DNA from: a virus
IMG/VR virus record: IMGVR_UViG_3300043427_004450
Span: 7,984 to 71,983 of that record
Strand: one strand, 5' to 3'
DNA: 64,000 bases
Shown: positions 21,187 to 32,789 of the stretch, one piece after another
How the letters are laid out: each line of letters begins with the position of its first letter
Position numbering within the stretch: the first letter of the stretch is position 1
Program-made: the position numbers and the translations under genes
Notes under the pieces: generated by a model
What the model was told of the DNA's origin: nothing
Seen by the model: only the letters and a program-made list of their open reading frames with translations
The model's database searches: none

Positions 21187-22672
21187 ACTTTCTCCTTTTA
21201 AAAAATCCACTCTTCAAAATAGCCAATGACGGGCTTTGACTTATCAAATATTTTTGTTATATCCAGCAGTGCTTTTTCTTCTCTAGAGTCAATAGAGAGG
21301 CCTTCTTCGTTAATAACCTGCTTTCTAAGTCCTTTTTCATCAGACATATATAGCTCATAGTTATTAAAAGTCTTTACAGCCAAGATTGCTTTTTCTGCAT
21401 CTTCTTCTGATACTTCTATAACTAAAAATCTTCTTTTTTCAGGAAAAGGATCTAAAACATCTACAAGGTAATGCTTTTCGTTCCATTTTATTATACCAGA
21501 AATGGGGCCATCCCAACTTCCAAGAACACAGATCGGAGTTATTTCTTCGTTATCAATCTTTGGCAGCATTGAATAAGGATAAATCCAATCTTCATCTTGA
21601 GTTTTTTCTCCAAGATCAGAAAACTCTTTTGCCGTTAAGAAGTGAGCCATATTATTATTTCTTTGATTTCTCGGCACATGGAGAGCATAGGTTTTTAATC
21701 CAGCCATTTGTTTTTACTGTGGCTTTTTCTCCGCAGTTTTCGCAAGTTTTTGCCGACATGCTCTCAGCAAAAGAAACCATACCGCGAATGTAATCATCGC
21801 CACCATCATAATAAAAACGCAAGCTGCCAAACTTTTCCTTAACTTGAACGGCAGTTATTTGAGGACAGAATTTATTGTTATTATTATGCATTGCCTTAAC
21901 TGTCCAGTTAATATGCTCTTGTGCTCCATGACAAAGAGTGTTTATTAAATCATACCAACCATCACCACAATCAAAATAAAAGTGTTTCTGATTAAAAATA
22001 TGTGGATACTTTGACTTAAGCTCTTCTTCTTTCTCTGGAGACATTACTCCACCTTGCCGTCAATCTTATTATCCTCTAGAATTTGCTTCTTTAGCTCATA
22101 AGAATGTCTATAGTCTGTTTTGCCATTCTGGTGATAGAAGGCAACATAAGAAGAGAAATAGCTTTTTTCTACAGCGTGATTCTCAACAAAGAACCAGGTT
22201 CCTTCTGCTAGATTCTTCTGAATTTCATCAAAGAGAGAGATAGGATCTTCGTAAGAATAATCCTCATCCTCTTCTTCATCTAGCTCTTCGCCCTCTTCTT
22301 CGGAAGATTCTTCATTAAGTGCTGAGGCTCTGATTTCTGGACCAGAATCACAGAATCCATCGCCAACAAACTTGAAGGTTCTATCGCCATATTCATAGAG
22401 CTTGATATAAGCATCGCTAGAAAGATAGCCAGACTGAAGATTTCCTTCCTCGGCTAGAAGATCAACGATCTTATTAATATACTCTACTGCTGCATCATCT
22501 TTTAGAATGAACTTTGAGGTGGTATAGCGATCAACTGTAACGGACATTGTTATTTCTCCTGTGGTTTAAACTGAGCATAAGGCAGATGGGGCACAGATAT
22601 CAGCTCTCTGTGCCATTTTGGTATTATTATCGGCCATGCTAAATTATACGCCTAGCGGCAGATTGAAAGAGA

Positions 22673-23038
22673 CTAATCTTTTAGCTGCTTCTTTCTTTCT
22701 TCAAATCGCTTCTGCCAACGCTTAACATCGTCAAGAAGGTGAAGGTTCTCTGTTCTGTAATTACCAAGGTGACCAAAGAATAGGTGACAGTTTACGCCAT
22801 ACTTCTTTGTCTCGCATAGTGAGATCAGATTGGAAGGCTCCAGCTCAAGCTCTGGAGCAATATGAAATGGCTTTATGTGATGGACTTCAACATTAACATT
22901 ACAGCCGCAAACAGCACAGACAGGAAACTCTTTTAGATGGGCTTCTCTTACCTTTGGCCAATCTCTAGATCTTTTTTGATTCCAGTCTCTCTTTTTGTCA
23001 ATAAGGACTTCTTTTATTTCTTTTAGTTTTGATATCAC
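22673..23038 (-). CDS. HNH endonuclease
   Basis: CAVCG...EVHHIKP...NLISLC...CH. Confidence 0.85.
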   Translation of the reverse strand: MISKLKEIKEVLIDKKRDWNQKRSRDWPKVREAHLKEFPVCAVCGCNVNVEVHHIKPFHIAPELELEPSNLISLCETKKYGVNCHLFFGHLGNYRTENLHLLDDVKRWQKRFEERKKQLKD

Positions 23039-23062
23039 AACTATATATTATGATATTAGTAA

Positions 23063-24139
23063 CTACCTTGCTGACCTTGCTATTGTGGTTATTTTTGCAG
23101 TAATAGTATTAGTTCCAATGTTAAAGAACGTTGATTGCGGTGTACTTACTGCATTTCTCCTTGTTCCGTCAGAATATATTATTGAGACAGATACAGATGT
23201 TGGTATAAGTAAGCCATTTGGATTCTGTGGAAGAATTGCTTCAGCAAACTGATTAATGCTAACAGGGCTTGCCTTTGGGAATGTTGCATTTGAGTTTTTA
23301 TTTACAATCTGATTTCCTTTCATTACTATTCCAGCTACGCCATAAGGAACGAATGCAGAAGCTCCCTTTAAAAGATTTGGATCTATTGATGCCTTATCTA
23401 TTACAATAGCACACTTTATCCCGTCTTTAAGATTTGGTTGTAGCAGCCAACTTATAAGAGCTTTATCTGCGCCACTTCTCTCAATAATCTGTTCATTTAT
23501 TATTGTGCCTATTTCATAGCCAAGTAGTCCGGCTGATATTACCGCTCCTGTTGTTGCTAGTGCGGTTCCAGCGCCAATTGCTCCAGCCGTTCCTGCTGCC
23601 GCCTCTGTTGTTCCTACTGCGGCAGCTCTTCCAACTGTACCAGCCGCTCTTCCTGCTGTACCAACAGCCCTTGCTGCCGCTGATTCTGCCTTAGCAATCT
23701 CATATGCTTTTGAAGAGGTATCCATTAGTTTTTTGGTTTGTCCCTTGGACAGAACATCAGATACTTTTTTAGATGTGTCGGTTAATTTTTTTATCTGACT
23801 CTTTGAAAGAGGCTCTGATACTTTTGTTGCAGTATCAGTTAGCTTTTGTACCTGGCTCTTTGAAAGATATTCTGATGCTTTTGTTGCAGTATTTGCTAAC
23901 TGCTTTGCTGGACCTTTTGCAATATAATCAACAGATTTCTCAATTGCCTGTCCTGCTTTGTTTGCAACCATTTTTCCTGGTCCGTTTACAGCCTTTTCGA
24001 TAACCTCTCCGGCTTTATTTGCGATCATTTTTCCTGGACCGCTTGAAACACTTTGCGTAATTTTTTCTATATCGTCAGCTTCTTTGTGAAAGCCAGCTCT
24101 ATCAAGATTATCTGCAAGTTTTAATAGATCTTTTATCAT
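23063..24139 (-). CDS. Leader-bearing protein with 19-aa repeats and an Ala/Gly hydrophobic segment
   Basis: Leader MIKDLLKLADNLDRAGFHKEADDI; about six 19-aa repeats; GAIGAGTALATTGAVISAGLLG. Confidence 0.65.
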   Translation of the reverse strand: MIKDLLKLADNLDRAGFHKEADDIEKITQSVSSGPGKMIANKAGEVIEKAVNGPGKMVANKAGQAIEKSVDYIAKGPAKQLANTATKASEYLSKSQVQKLTDTATKVSEPLSKSQIKKLTDTSKKVSDVLSKGQTKKLMDTSSKAYEIAKAESAAARAVGTAGRAAGTVGRAAAVGTTEAAAGTAGAIGAGTALATTGAVISAGLLGYEIGTIINEQIIERSGADKALISWLLQPNLKDGIKCAIVIDKASIDPNLLKGASAFVPYGVAGIVMKGNQIVNKNSNATFPKASPVSINQFAEAILPQNPNGLLIPTSVSVSIIYSDGTRRNAVSTPQSTFFNIGTNTITAKITTIARSAR

Positions 24140-24177
24140 TTCAAACCTCTAACATATTGATTTTCAATATTAGCAGA

Positions 24178-24378
24178 TTATCTTGTTGTACCTACTCTTC
24201 CAATTTTACCATCAGATAGTATTTTCTTTATATCTTTTCCAAGATCTAAAACGCCCTGCTTGAACGGCTCAATAAAAACATATGCTGCCGCTACAATTGC
24301 AATAACAATTACTGAGATTAGAAGCATATATTCTACGGTTGATTGACCTTCTTCGTCTTTTAAAAGCTCTTTTAGCAT
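24178..24378 (-). CDS. flp: Flp-family (Tad) pilin
   Basis: DEEG|QSTVEY prepilin cleavage and Flp motif, followed by a hydrophobic helix. Confidence 0.85.
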   Translation of the reverse strand: MLKELLKDEEGQSTVEYMLLISVIVIAIVAAAYVFIEPFKQGVLDLGKDIKKILSDGKIGRVGTTR

Positions 24379-24635
24379 TACTTTACCTCATCAACAGACT
24401 GATCGATCTCTTGGTTCCACTCAGTTCTAAGTTTAACAAGAGGATTAAAGCTTGCTTTTTTTCTTTCTAATACAAGTGCAGATTGTGGCTTTTGAAGAAC
24501 TCCCTCTATCTCAAGCTCTTCAAAGTCAATCTCGGTCTTATTCTTATAAACTACTTTTGCTTCACCATCGTCGGCAGCATGAGCGGCGTGTGGTGGAAGA
24601 AGGATTAGGGATAATATTAAAGCTTTTCTTAGCAT
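24378..24635 (-). CDS. CglF/GltF-like gliding-motility protein with signal peptide
   Basis: Signal peptide ending AHA. VVYKNKTEIDFEELEIEGVLQKP...F.PLVKLR closely resembles myxobacterial CglF (from recall). Confidence 0.75.
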   Translation of the reverse strand: MLRKALILSLILLPPHAAHAADDGEAKVVYKNKTEIDFEELEIEGVLQKPQSALVLERKKASFNPLVKLRTEWNQEIDQSVDEVK

Positions 24636-25228
24636 TGAGCCTCCAGCAATATAAAAATATATTACCAGCTACTCCTTGCTAGACTCAAGCCAATCTTCAA
24701 TTTCTTCGTCTGTCATTGTCTGAAGCTGCTCGATGGTAAGAGCGCTAAGATCCTTCTTTCCATCCCAAGGAGCTTTTGCATAAGGCCCATCAATATCAAA
24801 GATGGGATACTTAATGCAATCTCTCATCATTCTTTCTAGATCCAGCTTCAAACCATCTTTAACCGCTTCTTCTGTATCTCCCTCCTCAGCATCGGCATAG
24901 GACTCAACAGGTTCTTCGGTGCAGGAATGTGGCATTAGAGGATCTTTATCATAGAAAAGCTCTCCAATACCATAGAATCTTTGCTCTGGTTTTAGTTTGT
25001 TTCTGTATTTTACAATTCCATAACGCCAATGCATGATTACTCCTAGCAGCTAACTCTTGGATCTGAAAGACTATCTTCTCTTGGTTTTATATCAACAGAT
25101 CTCAAAATAGATTCCCTTGAAAATGAAATTATAGATCCGTCTTCAAGAATACCCTTGACTGTCGGAGTATTCTCTGAGGTTTCATCAATTTCTACGGTAA
25201 GAATTACTTTTACTTTCTTTTTCATTTT

Positions 25229-26287
25229 TTATCCGTTGTATTTGCAAAATTCGTCATAAGCAATAGGTAGTGGGTCGATATTTAGCATGGCACTAGATAG
25301 AACATGACGAAGCTTTGGATGATTTATTGCAATATCTTTTCTTGATACTCCAGATTTAATCAATTCCTTTGCCTCTTCCCACTCAGATTCTACCGATGCC
25401 CTATATTTTACCCATCGTTCATCAATAGCATCAATCTTTTGATTGATCTCAGCAAAAAATTCATCTGGAATACCATCCATTGAAAACTTTCCCGCTTCCT
25501 TTCTTTGCATCCAAAGCTTAAAAATGCCAGAGTCAGATAGACCAGTAACTACCTTATGAAGTTGAACATAAGTCTCGGTCTTAATCTTGCAGCGTTCTCC
25601 CTTTATATTTTTAAGAACAACGCCTTCAAAGTTTGGATTAACCTCTCTCTTGATCAGATCGTAAGAAAACTCTTCTGCGGTCCAAAGCTTTGGCATTTTG
25701 AATCCAAAGCCTTCTGCATAAGATCTAATCTCTTCTGCGGTTGCTTCGACGGCAGATTGAGTATCTACAATTCCAAGAAGGATTAGCGAATCCTTCTCAT
25801 AATTTCTAACAACATTTATATTTGATGGGCCAACCAACTCAAAAAGATAAGTCTTTTTGTGATCCGCACCAGAAAGAAAGCGTTTGCTGAGAAGATTTGG
25901 AGCGGATAGAGCCTGGTCTGATACCCAGCTTCCACGAGTAATGGTATGCCAAGAGCCTTCCCACCAAAAAGCTACAATTAGTGACCCATCTTCCTTAGTC
26001 CAAATCTCTGAGATTTTATCTGGAGAGAATTCCGAAGAAGAAGCTCCAAGTTCTTCAAAGTTAAAAAACTTCTTGAATGGTCTGGCTGCAACCTCTCCTT
26101 CATTAGAGATTACTAAGCCGCGACAAATAGAATTAACTTCGTTAAAAGCCTTTGAGAACTGAGTTTGCTCAGTGTAGTTATAAATGGAAAGCGGGAGGTT
26201 TGAGTGGGGAATTCTGCGAACTCTACCCAGCTCAACCTCTACCGCTAAATTTGCTAAAAATTCTGCGCTTAACATTAGTCTATCCAC
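25229..26287 (-). CDS. RNA ligase, T4 Rnl1-like
   Basis: CRGLV, PFKKFFN, KEDGSL (motif I), FELV, EGVV and KIK. Confidence 0.9.
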   Translation of the reverse strand: MDRLMLSAEFLANLAVEVELGRVRRIPHSNLPLSIYNYTEQTQFSKAFNEVNSICRGLVISNEGEVAARPFKKFFNFEELGASSSEFSPDKISEIWTKEDGSLIVAFWWEGSWHTITRGSWVSDQALSAPNLLSKRFLSGADHKKTYLFELVGPSNINVVRNYEKDSLILLGIVDTQSAVEATAEEIRSYAEGFGFKMPKLWTAEEFSYDLIKREVNPNFEGVVLKNIKGERCKIKTETYVQLHKVVTGLSDSGIFKLWMQRKEAGKFSMDGIPDEFFAEINQKIDAIDERWVKYRASVESEWEEAKELIKSGVSRKDIAINHPKLRHVLSSAMLNIDPLPIAYDEFCKYNG

Positions 26288-27101
26288 TCCTTATTTAATA
26301 CATTTCATAGCTTTTCCAAATTAAATTGTGCAGAATAGACCGGTGTTTCTAGCACAGGAGAGACTCCTACTTCAACAACTTCAAGCCCCAACACAAACTC
26401 AATGCTACCCTCCACCTTCATTCTTCTTGCTTCTTTTGAAGCATTTGTTATAAAAGCTTTTGCTGGGCCAACATTACCAAAAAGCTTAGTCTTTCTTCCG
26501 AATGGAAAAAATTGATTTTTATAAGCTGGAGTATAAAAGCGTCCTGACTCAGAAAATGTATCAGTTGGACGATGATAAATTGCATAAAGTTTCATATAAA
26601 TATCTTACTTATAGTATTTTCTTTGAATTAAAGATGTAGGATCTTTGCCGTCTCTAATTATTATTCCTTCTTCTGAAACCAAAAGATAATATATCTCATG
26701 CCAAAATACTTCTTTTTTATTTATAATCATTGTTTTTGGCTTTAGATAAGCAATAACAGGCAGCTTAACTCCAGATTTTCTCTGGAGATTAAACTGATCT
26801 ATCAGCCCACTTCCTGCAAAGACTTGGCTGATATCTTTAGATGCAACTCCAGATCCATTTATAAATTCTTCAAGTGTCATTATTCTTTGTATTTAGCTCC
26901 CACCAAACTCGGAGCCACCAATAAAGATACTGAATCTGCTTCTCTAGCAGAACACGAAGTATAATTGAGCCACCAATGCCAAGAGCAAATGCAATTGGAA
27001 TGTTTAGTGGGCCATACACTACCCCCATAGCTCCGCCAAGGATGCCACAGAAGATTGCTGAGATAAGAATTCTAAAGATAAATAGAGAGGTTGGCTCTGA
27101 A

Positions 27102-27647
27102 TCACGCTGCTGCATTTGTGAGACTCCTATTGTGAAGAATAAACTGACGCTGATATTCGTTAAGAAAAACGGAACCTGTAACCATTGTATTTAGGCAGGC
27201 TCCGGGGCCATTCATTTGGATAAATACTGGCTCAGAGTTGTGAATTACCTCGGCAGGAACACCCGTATATTCGTTGCCCATAACGAGAACAGTTGGCCTG
27301 TCAAATGAGAACTGATAATCTGTTAGCTCTGTGGCTCCATCGCAAAGTTCGGCGGATACAATATTATACCCATTTTCGCGACAATGCTGTAGGAAATCAT
27401 GCGGCGTAGCAAACTGAATTATCTTAACATAATCAACAGTAGTTCCAGAACGAGGCCGAAGAAATGCATGGTCAGGTACGGAGCCAATAACCATTACTGA
27501 CTCTGCGCCATAACAAGCTGCCGTTCTGATTAGTAGGGCCAAATTTTCATCAATCCCAAAGTTTACTGCACAAAATGAAACAGGCATAAATTTTGCGGTA
27601 GCAGACTTCTTATCATAACGCTGGCGTCGAGTTTCTGTGCGGTGCAT
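27102..27647 (-). CDS. SpoU/TrmH-family RNA 2'-O-methyltransferase
   Basis: NLALLIRTAACYG, LVMGNEYTGV and IQMNG..CLN SPOUT motifs. Confidence 0.9.
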   Translation of the reverse strand: MHRTETRRQRYDKKSATAKFMPVSFCAVNFGIDENLALLIRTAACYGAESVMVIGSVPDHAFLRPRSGTTVDYVKIIQFATPHDFLQHCRENGYNIVSAELCDGATELTDYQFSFDRPTVLVMGNEYTGVPAEVIHNSEPVFIQMNGPGACLNTMVTGSVFLNEYQRQFILHNRSLTNAAA

Positions 27648-28212
27648 CCTTACTCCGTGTCTCGCTTATTATTTACCCACTCAACGATGGTACTAAATGG
27701 TACTTCCTTTCCAATTAGTGAATTTATCTCTTCTGTTGCTGCATAATTAATATCGCAATCATAGCAGGAGAGGTGATCTCCAAGAAGATATGCAATCTCT
27801 GGAGCATGAGTGGAAACTACCTCAATAAGCTTCCTGTATTCTTTGCTGTCAATATATACATTGTCAAACATATCTGTTCCAATTACTACTGCCTTAGATT
27901 TATCATAAGTATATGTATCAATAGAAGAAAGATTTATAGTTGGGGAACAGATGGAAATATTCTTTTCTCCGCACTTTGGACAAGGAGGAAGCTTAGATAG
28001 TGCCCAATCCTTTGCGTTATCCTTTGCAATCTGCCTCTCTGTGTAGTTCTTATAAGAATCACTGAAGCGGGCATAAGCAGCAAAGAATTCTGGCTCCATC
28101 CCAGAAATATCATCGTTACCAACGGTTGAGAGAAGGTTAATTGCACGCTTGATTTCGGCTTGATTAATAGGCATCAACACTCCTTGGAGGGCTACCTATT
28201 CCCTCCGCGCAT

Positions 28213-28240
28213 AATCTATTCACCGCTCCGTGCGGGTCAA
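28213..28240 (-). promoter_or_regulatory. Sigma70-type promoter TTGACC-N16-TAGATT
   Basis: Direct reading. Confidence 0.7.
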
Positions 28241-28515
28241 TCGGTTTGAAAATAAAAATTAAGGTTTTTCTGAGCCTTCCAAAACTGCCCAGTTTACTGC
28301 AATGAAATCTCCTAGTGCTTCTTCTTGATTTTGGTATGTATGCCCCATACTTTCAGCGGCTTTTACCTGCCTAATTATTGCCTCTTCAGCAGAGCAAGAG
28401 AGATAGGTGATATCACCACATTTGCCAGGTTCTACCCAGACAAGATGACGGTGTAATTTACAGGTGCAATTATGCCAATCTGAGTGCCAACCGCAACCAT
28501 CATCATGTTTTGGCT

Positions 28516-28920
28516 CTAAAGCTTGTTCCATACCAACCATTCCGCAAACAAAGTATACTCCATAAGCTTTTCTAATGACTTAGATTTTGATAAAAATGTA
28601 TTTGGTGATGCAAAGTCATCCAGAAATCTTGAGTCATTATAATAAAAATTAATTTCATAGTTTAAAGGATTTCTTTCGCAATAAAAAGAAAACTCTCCAA
28701 TAAAAACACTCTTATCATAAAAAGCTAAAATAATAAGATCTCTTGATTGAATGCCTGCAATTGGTGGAAAATACTCAAAAAGAACTTTTATTGATGAATC
28801 CGGTGAAAGATTGACCTCACCAAGAGAACCCCTTCCATAAAAAGATCCTGGTGGTCTTTTTAATATATTTCTTTCATCAAGAATATTTAATAATTTTTTA
28901 TCAGTAAAGCTTGGTTTCAT
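28516..28920 (-). CDS. Hypothetical protein, C-terminal EWLxWN family
   Basis: Ends FAEWLVWNKL. Confidence 0.55.
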   Translation of the reverse strand: MKPSFTDKKLLNILDERNILKRPPGSFYGRGSLGEVNLSPDSSIKVLFEYFPPIAGIQSRDLIILAFYDKSVFIGEFSFYCERNPLNYEINFYYNDSRFLDDFASPNTFLSKSKSLEKLMEYTLFAEWLVWNKL

Positions 28921-28949
28921 GTTTTTGTGGTAATTATTTTTATAATATT

Positions 28950-30095
28950 ATGATTAACATACTATATTTTATTTTAGCCTGCTCTGATTATGAGCTAAAG
29001 CAAAAAAATCCAGAACCAAATGATGAAGATCCCGCAATAGAAGTTACTCCAGATAGTATCTTATTTTCAGAAATTCCAAGCGGATCAACCGTTACAGAAA
29101 ATGTAACGATAAGATCTGTTGGTGGAATAACTCTAAATGTTTTAAATATAGAACTTAACTCCGGATTTAACTTTGAGCTTATAAATGTTGGTCCTGTTTC
29201 TTTGGCACCAGAGGAGGAATCTAATTTTATAGTAAAATGGACTTCAGAAGGCGTAGAAGATTCAGATTCAATAGTAATAACTTCAAACGATCCTGTTAAC
29301 TCTAGAGTCGTTGTTCCTATAAATGGTACTCCAGAGGAAGAGGAAATTACTGATACCGGAGAGACTGGAACTCCAATTTCTCAACCTGTCGCAGTTTGCT
29401 CCGTTGACCCAGTAGAAGTAGAGGCAATACATGGAACGGCAGATTGGATAGGCTCCTCTTCTTATGATCCAAGCGGTGGCACAATAACGACTTATGATTG
29501 GAGCCTTGTTTCTGTTCCATCAGGCTCCCCAGACTCTATGCCTACCGGTGGAGCAAATAGAAGAAATTTCTCACCAACAATTGTAGGAGAATATATTGGA
29601 CAGCTAATAGTAACAAGCTCTACAGGCCTAACATCAGAGCCTTGCTATGCAACACTTACCGCAATTCCGGGTGGAAATCTTTGGATTGAAATGTTCTGGC
29701 AAAATTCTGGTGATGATATGGATCTTCATTTGGTAAAGCCCGGCGGCTCTTTAGCTTCCTCTGGAGATTGTTATTATGCAAACTGCACAAGTGGAACACT
29801 TGACTGGGGTATTGCCGGAGACAGAAGAGATAATCCAATCTTAGATCTCGATGATATTCCAGGTACAGGACCAGAAAACATAAACATTGACTCTCCAGCA
29901 AATGGACTTTATACAGTTTATGTTCATGATTATCCCGGCTCAGTTTATAACGGAAGAAATGATGTTACCGTCAATGTTTACGTTGGTGGATTTTTAGAAT
30001 GGACTGATACTAGAAACATAAACTCAGAAGGATATTATGCTCCATTCTGTGAAATAGATTGGGTTTCTGGCTCAGGATCAGTCACATCATTATAA
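28950..30095 (+). CDS. Lipoprotein with Ig-like (ASH-type), PKD-like and YfaP-like domains
   Basis: Lipobox YFILAC; ITSNDP; GSSSYDP..YDWSL; DMDLHL...LDLDDIPGTGPENINI...YTVYVH. Confidence 0.7.
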   Translation: MINILYFILACSDYELKQKNPEPNDEDPAIEVTPDSILFSEIPSGSTVTENVTIRSVGGITLNVLNIELNSGFNFELINVGPVSLAPEEESNFIVKWTSEGVEDSDSIVITSNDPVNSRVVVPINGTPEEEEITDTGETGTPISQPVAVCSVDPVEVEAIHGTADWIGSSSYDPSGGTITTYDWSLVSVPSGSPDSMPTGGANRRNFSPTIVGEYIGQLIVTSSTGLTSEPCYATLTAIPGGNLWIEMFWQNSGDDMDLHLVKPGGSLASSGDCYYANCTSGTLDWGIAGDRRDNPILDLDDIPGTGPENINIDSPANGLYTVYVHDYPGSVYNGRNDVTVNVYVGGFLEWTDTRNINSEGYYAPFCEIDWVSGSGSVTSL

Positions 30096-30415
30096 ATTCC
30101 ATCAAATATTTCTGGATGCCAGATAAAAAATTCAAAATCATCTGGATATAATTGCATAATTTTTTGCAAAAAGATATCTTTTGGATAGTCAAAGAATCTT
30201 TTTTGCTCATCAAAAACAGAATATACGCACTTTATAGTCCAAATTGACCAAGATATATCTCCGCTTTCGTCATAGCATGTGATATCTAAGTCTGGCCTAT
30301 TTCCGCCAATTATTCTGGTTACACCCTCTAAAATTATAATCTTATTAAATACTCCGCCCCTATCAATAAGATTAAATGGAGAGTTGTTCTCAAAAAAAAT
30401 AACTTCTTTTTTCAT
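30035..30415 (-). CDS. Hypothetical protein, YPDDFEFFIWHPE C-terminal family
   Basis: Motif near the C-terminus. Confidence 0.55.
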   Translation of the reverse strand: MKKEVIFFENNSPFNLIDRGGVFNKIIILEGVTRIIGGNRPDLDITCYDESGDISWSIWTIKCVYSVFDEQKRFFDYPKDIFLQKIMQLYPDDFEFFIWHPEIFDGIYNDVTDPEPETQSISQNGA

Positions 30416-30423
30416 TATTATTT

Positions 30424-30822
30424 TTATATTTTACCAAAATACATTAGGGCTTGCCTATTGAATTCTCCATATGGTCCTGCAATTAATTCTTCGGCAGTTG
30501 CCCAAACTGCATCGCCTTCATCTGGATTTTTCTGAAGAGCTTTTGAAGATTCTTCATCTAAATCGGCAGAAAATATCCAGACAGTAAAGCCGTCCTTTTC
30601 GTTTTTTGCTATAAAAGGATTTAGCATATGAATAAAAATAGACCAGCCTGTTTCTTCAAGACACTCTCTGTATGCCGTCTGATGAGGTAGTTCACTATCA
30701 TCTGATTTTCCACATGGTAAAGAAACACCAGAGCCTTCACTTTTCTTTCTTTTAAAGGCAAGATATAATCTTGGATCATTTGGATGCTGAACCAGCACCC
30801 CTGCCGCAGTCTTCTCTTTCAT
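30424..30822 (-). CDS. NUDIX hydrolase
   Basis: Nudix box GKSDDSELPHQTAYRECLEETG. Confidence 0.9.
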   Translation of the reverse strand: MKEKTAAGVLVQHPNDPRLYLAFKRKKSEGSGVSLPCGKSDDSELPHQTAYRECLEETGWSIFIHMLNPFIAKNEKDGFTVWIFSADLDEESSKALQKNPDEGDAVWATAEELIAGPYGEFNRQALMYFGKI

Positions 30823-31019
30823 ATATGTTATTCCACAAAAGATTGGTAGTTATTATTTATCAGGAAAGATCTTTAAAGTAATTTTTGAAAAAAGAGTCAT
30901 CCAATTAAAATAAATGCGATAAAGATCTTCATCTTCCGCAATAATCTTCATTACCTTTGCAACTTTTGGATGCGGAATAATCTTCATTGTTTTTCCAAGT
31001 TTTACTTTAAATGGAAGTA

Positions 31020-32294
31020 TCACCAAGAACCTCTTAAGATACTTGGTATATCAAATCCTCCATCTTCATTTTGATAAAGCTCTATTATTGCTGCAACACA
31101 TCTTCCTACTGCAAGACCGGATGCATTAAGAGTATGAAGAAACTCATTCTTTCCAGATGCAGCCTTATATTTTAGGTTGGCACGACGAGCCTGAAAGTCC
31201 CAGAAAAGAGTGGCAGATGAAATCTCTCGATAAGCACCCTGTCCTGCCATCCAAACCTCAATATCGTAACCCTTGTATCCACCAAAGCCAAGGTCTGCGG
31301 TACAACGCTCAATTACTCTATATGGCAAACCCAACTCCTGCAATACTGATTCAGCATCAGCAGTAATCTTTTCAAGTTCTGCCTGCGATTCAGATGGATT
31401 ACAGAAAGATACAAGCTCTACTTTGTGAAACTGATGAAGTCTAATTAGACCTTTAATATCTCGACCGGCTGAACCCGCCTCTGCCCTAAAGCAAGGCGTA
31501 AATGCAACGTGTCTAATTGGAAGTGAATCTTCCGAAAGAATAACGTCGCGATAGAGGTTTGTCACAGGAACTTCTGCCGTTGGAATTAAAAATCCATCTT
31601 CACCGCCCAATTTGGCAGTTACTTTGAATAAATCTTCTTCAAATTTTGGAAGCTGACCTGTTCCTGTCATTGTTGTGCGAGTTACAATGTAGGGTACTGC
31701 AACCTCAGTATAACCTCTGCTGGTATGCCAATCAAGAAAAAAGTTTGTCAAGCGACGATCAAGCTTTGCTACATCGCCTTTCATTACCATAAATCTTGAA
31801 CCAGAAAGCTTTGCACCATCTTCTCCAGATAGAGTTCCGGTGTTTTCTCCAATTTGATCGTGAGTTAATGTCTTCTTTACTGCAAGATGATCTCCCCAAG
31901 AACGAACAACAGGATTGTCAGAGTCTCCTTCTCCATCTGGTGTTGAGTCAGATGAAATGTTTGGAATATGAAGAAGAAGCTCTTCTTCTTTCTCCTGAAG
32001 AGGAAGAAGAGAAGCCTCCAGATTTTGGATTTTCTGTTTAAGCTCAACCAAAGAAGATTGCTCGACCTCTCTTTCTTCTTTGGTAAGGCTCTTTGCCTTT
32101 TGTCCAAACTCTTTGCTTCTAATGTTCATTTCTCCTCTAAACTTATCGAGGAGAGATTGTGTTTCTTTTCTTGTTCTAATCAAAGATCCAATTTCACAAA
32201 GATAAGTGGATATTTCCTCATTTTTTCCAGACTTTCTCTTTATCTTTGCTACTGTTGAATCATAATCTTTTATGAATAAATTTTTATCTAACAT
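31020..32294 (-). CDS. serS: Seryl-tRNA synthetase
   Basis: N-terminal coiled coil, GTGQLPKFEEDLF, LIPTAEVP, FRAEAG, GLIRLHQFHKVE and HTLNASGLAVGR. Confidence 0.97.
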   Translation of the reverse strand: MLDKNLFIKDYDSTVAKIKRKSGKNEEISTYLCEIGSLIRTRKETQSLLDKFRGEMNIRSKEFGQKAKSLTKEEREVEQSSLVELKQKIQNLEASLLPLQEKEEELLLHIPNISSDSTPDGEGDSDNPVVRSWGDHLAVKKTLTHDQIGENTGTLSGEDGAKLSGSRFMVMKGDVAKLDRRLTNFFLDWHTSRGYTEVAVPYIVTRTTMTGTGQLPKFEEDLFKVTAKLGGEDGFLIPTAEVPVTNLYRDVILSEDSLPIRHVAFTPCFRAEAGSAGRDIKGLIRLHQFHKVELVSFCNPSESQAELEKITADAESVLQELGLPYRVIERCTADLGFGGYKGYDIEVWMAGQGAYREISSATLFWDFQARRANLKYKAASGKNEFLHTLNASGLAVGRCVAAIIELYQNEDGGFDIPSILRGSW

Positions 32295-32789
32295 TAGAAA
32301 CCTTTCTTAATGCTTTTATTAAGGCCGATATTTTTTTATTTTTAAAAAGAGAAAGCTGCTCAATTGGAGTAAATTCTGGCTCTATACTTCTTTTTGGTTT
32401 ATTAAAAGACTCTTTCCATCTTCTTAATTGATCTTCTCTTTCGCTTTTTGGAAGATCTAAAAATGGCTGTATTTCATCCATTCTTAGATCTGATGGAATT
32501 TCCTCTCCACCCCAAGTATTTGTTATTTTTACTTCTGGTTCTGGAATTTCTATTTTAGGTGCGGGAGATTCCTCTGCAACCTCCCTTATCCCTTTTTTTC
32601 TTTCTTTTCTCTCTTTAAATAGATTCCACTGTTTGACAAGCCTATCTCTTTCTATTGAGGATAGTGCGTTAAATTCTGCTCTAGCCTTACCCCAAATAGA
32701 TGGATGATGTCTTGATGGATCTATTTTTTTATATTCTTCCAAGTACCAGCGAATTAATCCCATAATATCCTCTATTTATTTAGAGGATA

